DNA of 63,704 nt, the filler included, from Reticulomyxa filosa (Eukaryota > Protista > Foraminifera), in NCBI GenBank assembly GCA_000512085.1. It is 16 parts of 16 records of this genome, joined end to end, with 100 filler letters (N's around TTAATTAATTAA, not from the genome) between each part and the next. Parts side by side here need not be neighbours in the genome. Positions count along the whole stretch, not along the records: positions 62,389 to 63,704 come from ASPP01034139.1; 15 more parts are not named here. One strand, written 5' to 3'. The notes below the pieces were generated by a model, which saw nothing but the letters and a program-made list of their open reading frames with translations, was not told where the DNA came from and ran no database searches. Each line of letters starts with the position of its first letter. Position 1 is the first letter of the stretch. Of this stretch, positions 62,289-63,704 are shown piece by piece. The position numbers were made by a program, and so were the translations under genes.

Positions 62289-63534
62289 NNNNNNNNNNNN
62301 NNNNNNNNNNNNNNNNNNNNNNNNNNNNNNNNTTAATTAATTAANNNNNNNNNNNNNNNNNNNNNNNNNNNNNNNNNNNNNNNNNNNNCGATAATTTCTT
62401 GAATATTGTTACTTTTTATTTTAATTGTTTTATCATTATTCATAACAGTGTTCAATGACTATCAGCTGATCTGAATAAAAAACGAAAAAGAAAAATATCA
62501 TTTAATTTCATTGGTATGAAATGATTGTTGAAAATATATTTATCACATGGAAAATTTGAAAATTGAACACTTTTTCTTACTCCGACGTAATCATTAAAAG
62601 CTCTTTGCTTTTGACTTTTTTTTTTTTTAGCTTATTTCCACCTATTGATTGTATTTAAAAAGGAAAGTAAACACATGAAACAAAACAATCTTTAGATAAA
62701 AAGGACTGATGAATTTTACATCCAGAAATAGCTCAATGAGACTCCATCCTTGCAAATGCAAACAGGTTGAAAAAAAGAACAAATAATAATGATGATTGAT
62801 TTTTGTAAGTTTAGTTCTGTATTAAATCAATCTCTTTCTTTGGGTATAAATAAGATCGATTGTTATTCTTTTTTATGAGTTCGCACTTTGGTGAAGCTAT
62901 CACAAAAAAAGTATTAATCCTTTTCTGCAATTGAACTTTGAATTGAAAAGTTTTCCCCTTTTTGTAGGGAACGACCCATTTGAATAAGGACAAATATTTT
63001 GTATTCGTTTTTTGCGTGAAATTTACAAATAAAATCTGTTTTTACTTTCATCTTCAACAAAAAACGTTTTATCTACTTTCTCACATCTTATGTTTGCGTT
63101 TTAGTTGTTGAGGTCTCCTATTATCAATTTTGTAATAAAGTCTTTTTTTTGTTGGAAAACCCTTTGTCAAAACAATAAAAGTTTAACTATTCTTTTGCTG
63201 TTTCAAAAGATTTTGTAAAATTATATCACTTGCATTATTCTTTGATAAAAAAACAGTCATTCTTGTGTTTTGTTTTGTTCAATTATGATTGTGGAACAAT
63301 ACGCTGCTGGCTTAATTTTTAATTCAAACAAGGTAAGCCATAACTTTTTTTTTGAAACATATTTTTGATATCTTTGCTTTGATGCAGTAATTTGTTTCTT
63401 TTGGCTGAGTACAAGTTTTTTTTTTCAAAAGGGGGCTCACTTCCCCCTTCAGACAGAACATTCTAACAATAAAAAACTTTGTGAATTTGAATACACAAGA
63501 AATCTGTAGCAAAGACGAAGAAACAATTGTAAAC

Positions 63535-63704
63535 ATGAGCGATTTGAAAGAAGATGAAACAAAAGGAAAAAATCGAATTGGACTGGCTCCAGTTTCTTTT
63601 GACCATCAATCGAGCTTTGACAAAAACTGGATGTTGCATTAAATCAAGCAGAACAAATTAACCATATTATTTGTTTAATTTGCAGACAAGTTGCCAACAA
63701 TTAA
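63535..63704 (+). pseudogene. 5' end of a RING/TRAF-type zinc-finger family gene, frameshifted
   Basis: MSDLKEDETK..SFDKNW, frame shift, LNQAEQINHIICLICRQVANN*; matches the start of a family I recall as expanded in Reticulomyxa. Confidence 0.55.

Noticed and set aside
3254-62388. Recurring TTAATTAATTAA flanked by Ns as a repeat or CRISPR-like array
   Set aside because: Artificial contig linker; gene adjacency across these spacers has no biological meaning.
1-63704. Alternative genetic code or stop-codon readthrough to explain fragmented ORFs
   Set aside because: Conserved genes end in TGA or TAA normally, and the breaks are explained by introns or frameshifts.

Overview
This window is not one locus. 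It is 16 short contigs (about 1.3-10 kb) of an AT-rich, intron-containing eukaryotic genome, joined by 15 artificial 100-nt spacers (N44-TTAATTAATTAA-N44). The expanded, partly decayed WD40, Kelch and RING/TRAF-like families resemble those I recall from the foraminiferan Reticulomyxa filosa (Rhizaria); this is recognition from memory, not a database result. Recognisable genes: ABHD17-like hydrolase, CWC15, SKP1, organellar-type uL6, a MATH-like protein, OGDH E1, a TBC protein, a LIM protein, CPYS glutaredoxin, DUF4833, kinesin, a VLIG/GVIN1-like GTPase, a 7TM-RGS protein, an SGF29-like Tudor protein, two sulfotransferases, a PPR protein and DUS1. Best lead: a ~30-aa helical 'box' (IxxIIxxWIRxxxIKLGWIxDFDxxxxxY) on its own phase-0 exon. 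It sits at the N-terminus of WD40 genes and the C-terminus of a Kelch gene, and the two gene types occur as head-to-head pairs on two independent contigs among pseudogenes. This suggests a lineage-specific adaptor/receptor repertoire, possibly of cullin-RING type. Other leads: introns with pyrimidine-rich 5' halves and poly-A/purine 3' ends that could base-pair, a structured ~100-nt GC island with a cUUCGg hairpin, and a Tudor-like/EF-hand/pseudokinase protein. No rRNA, tRNA or CRISPR array was recognised.
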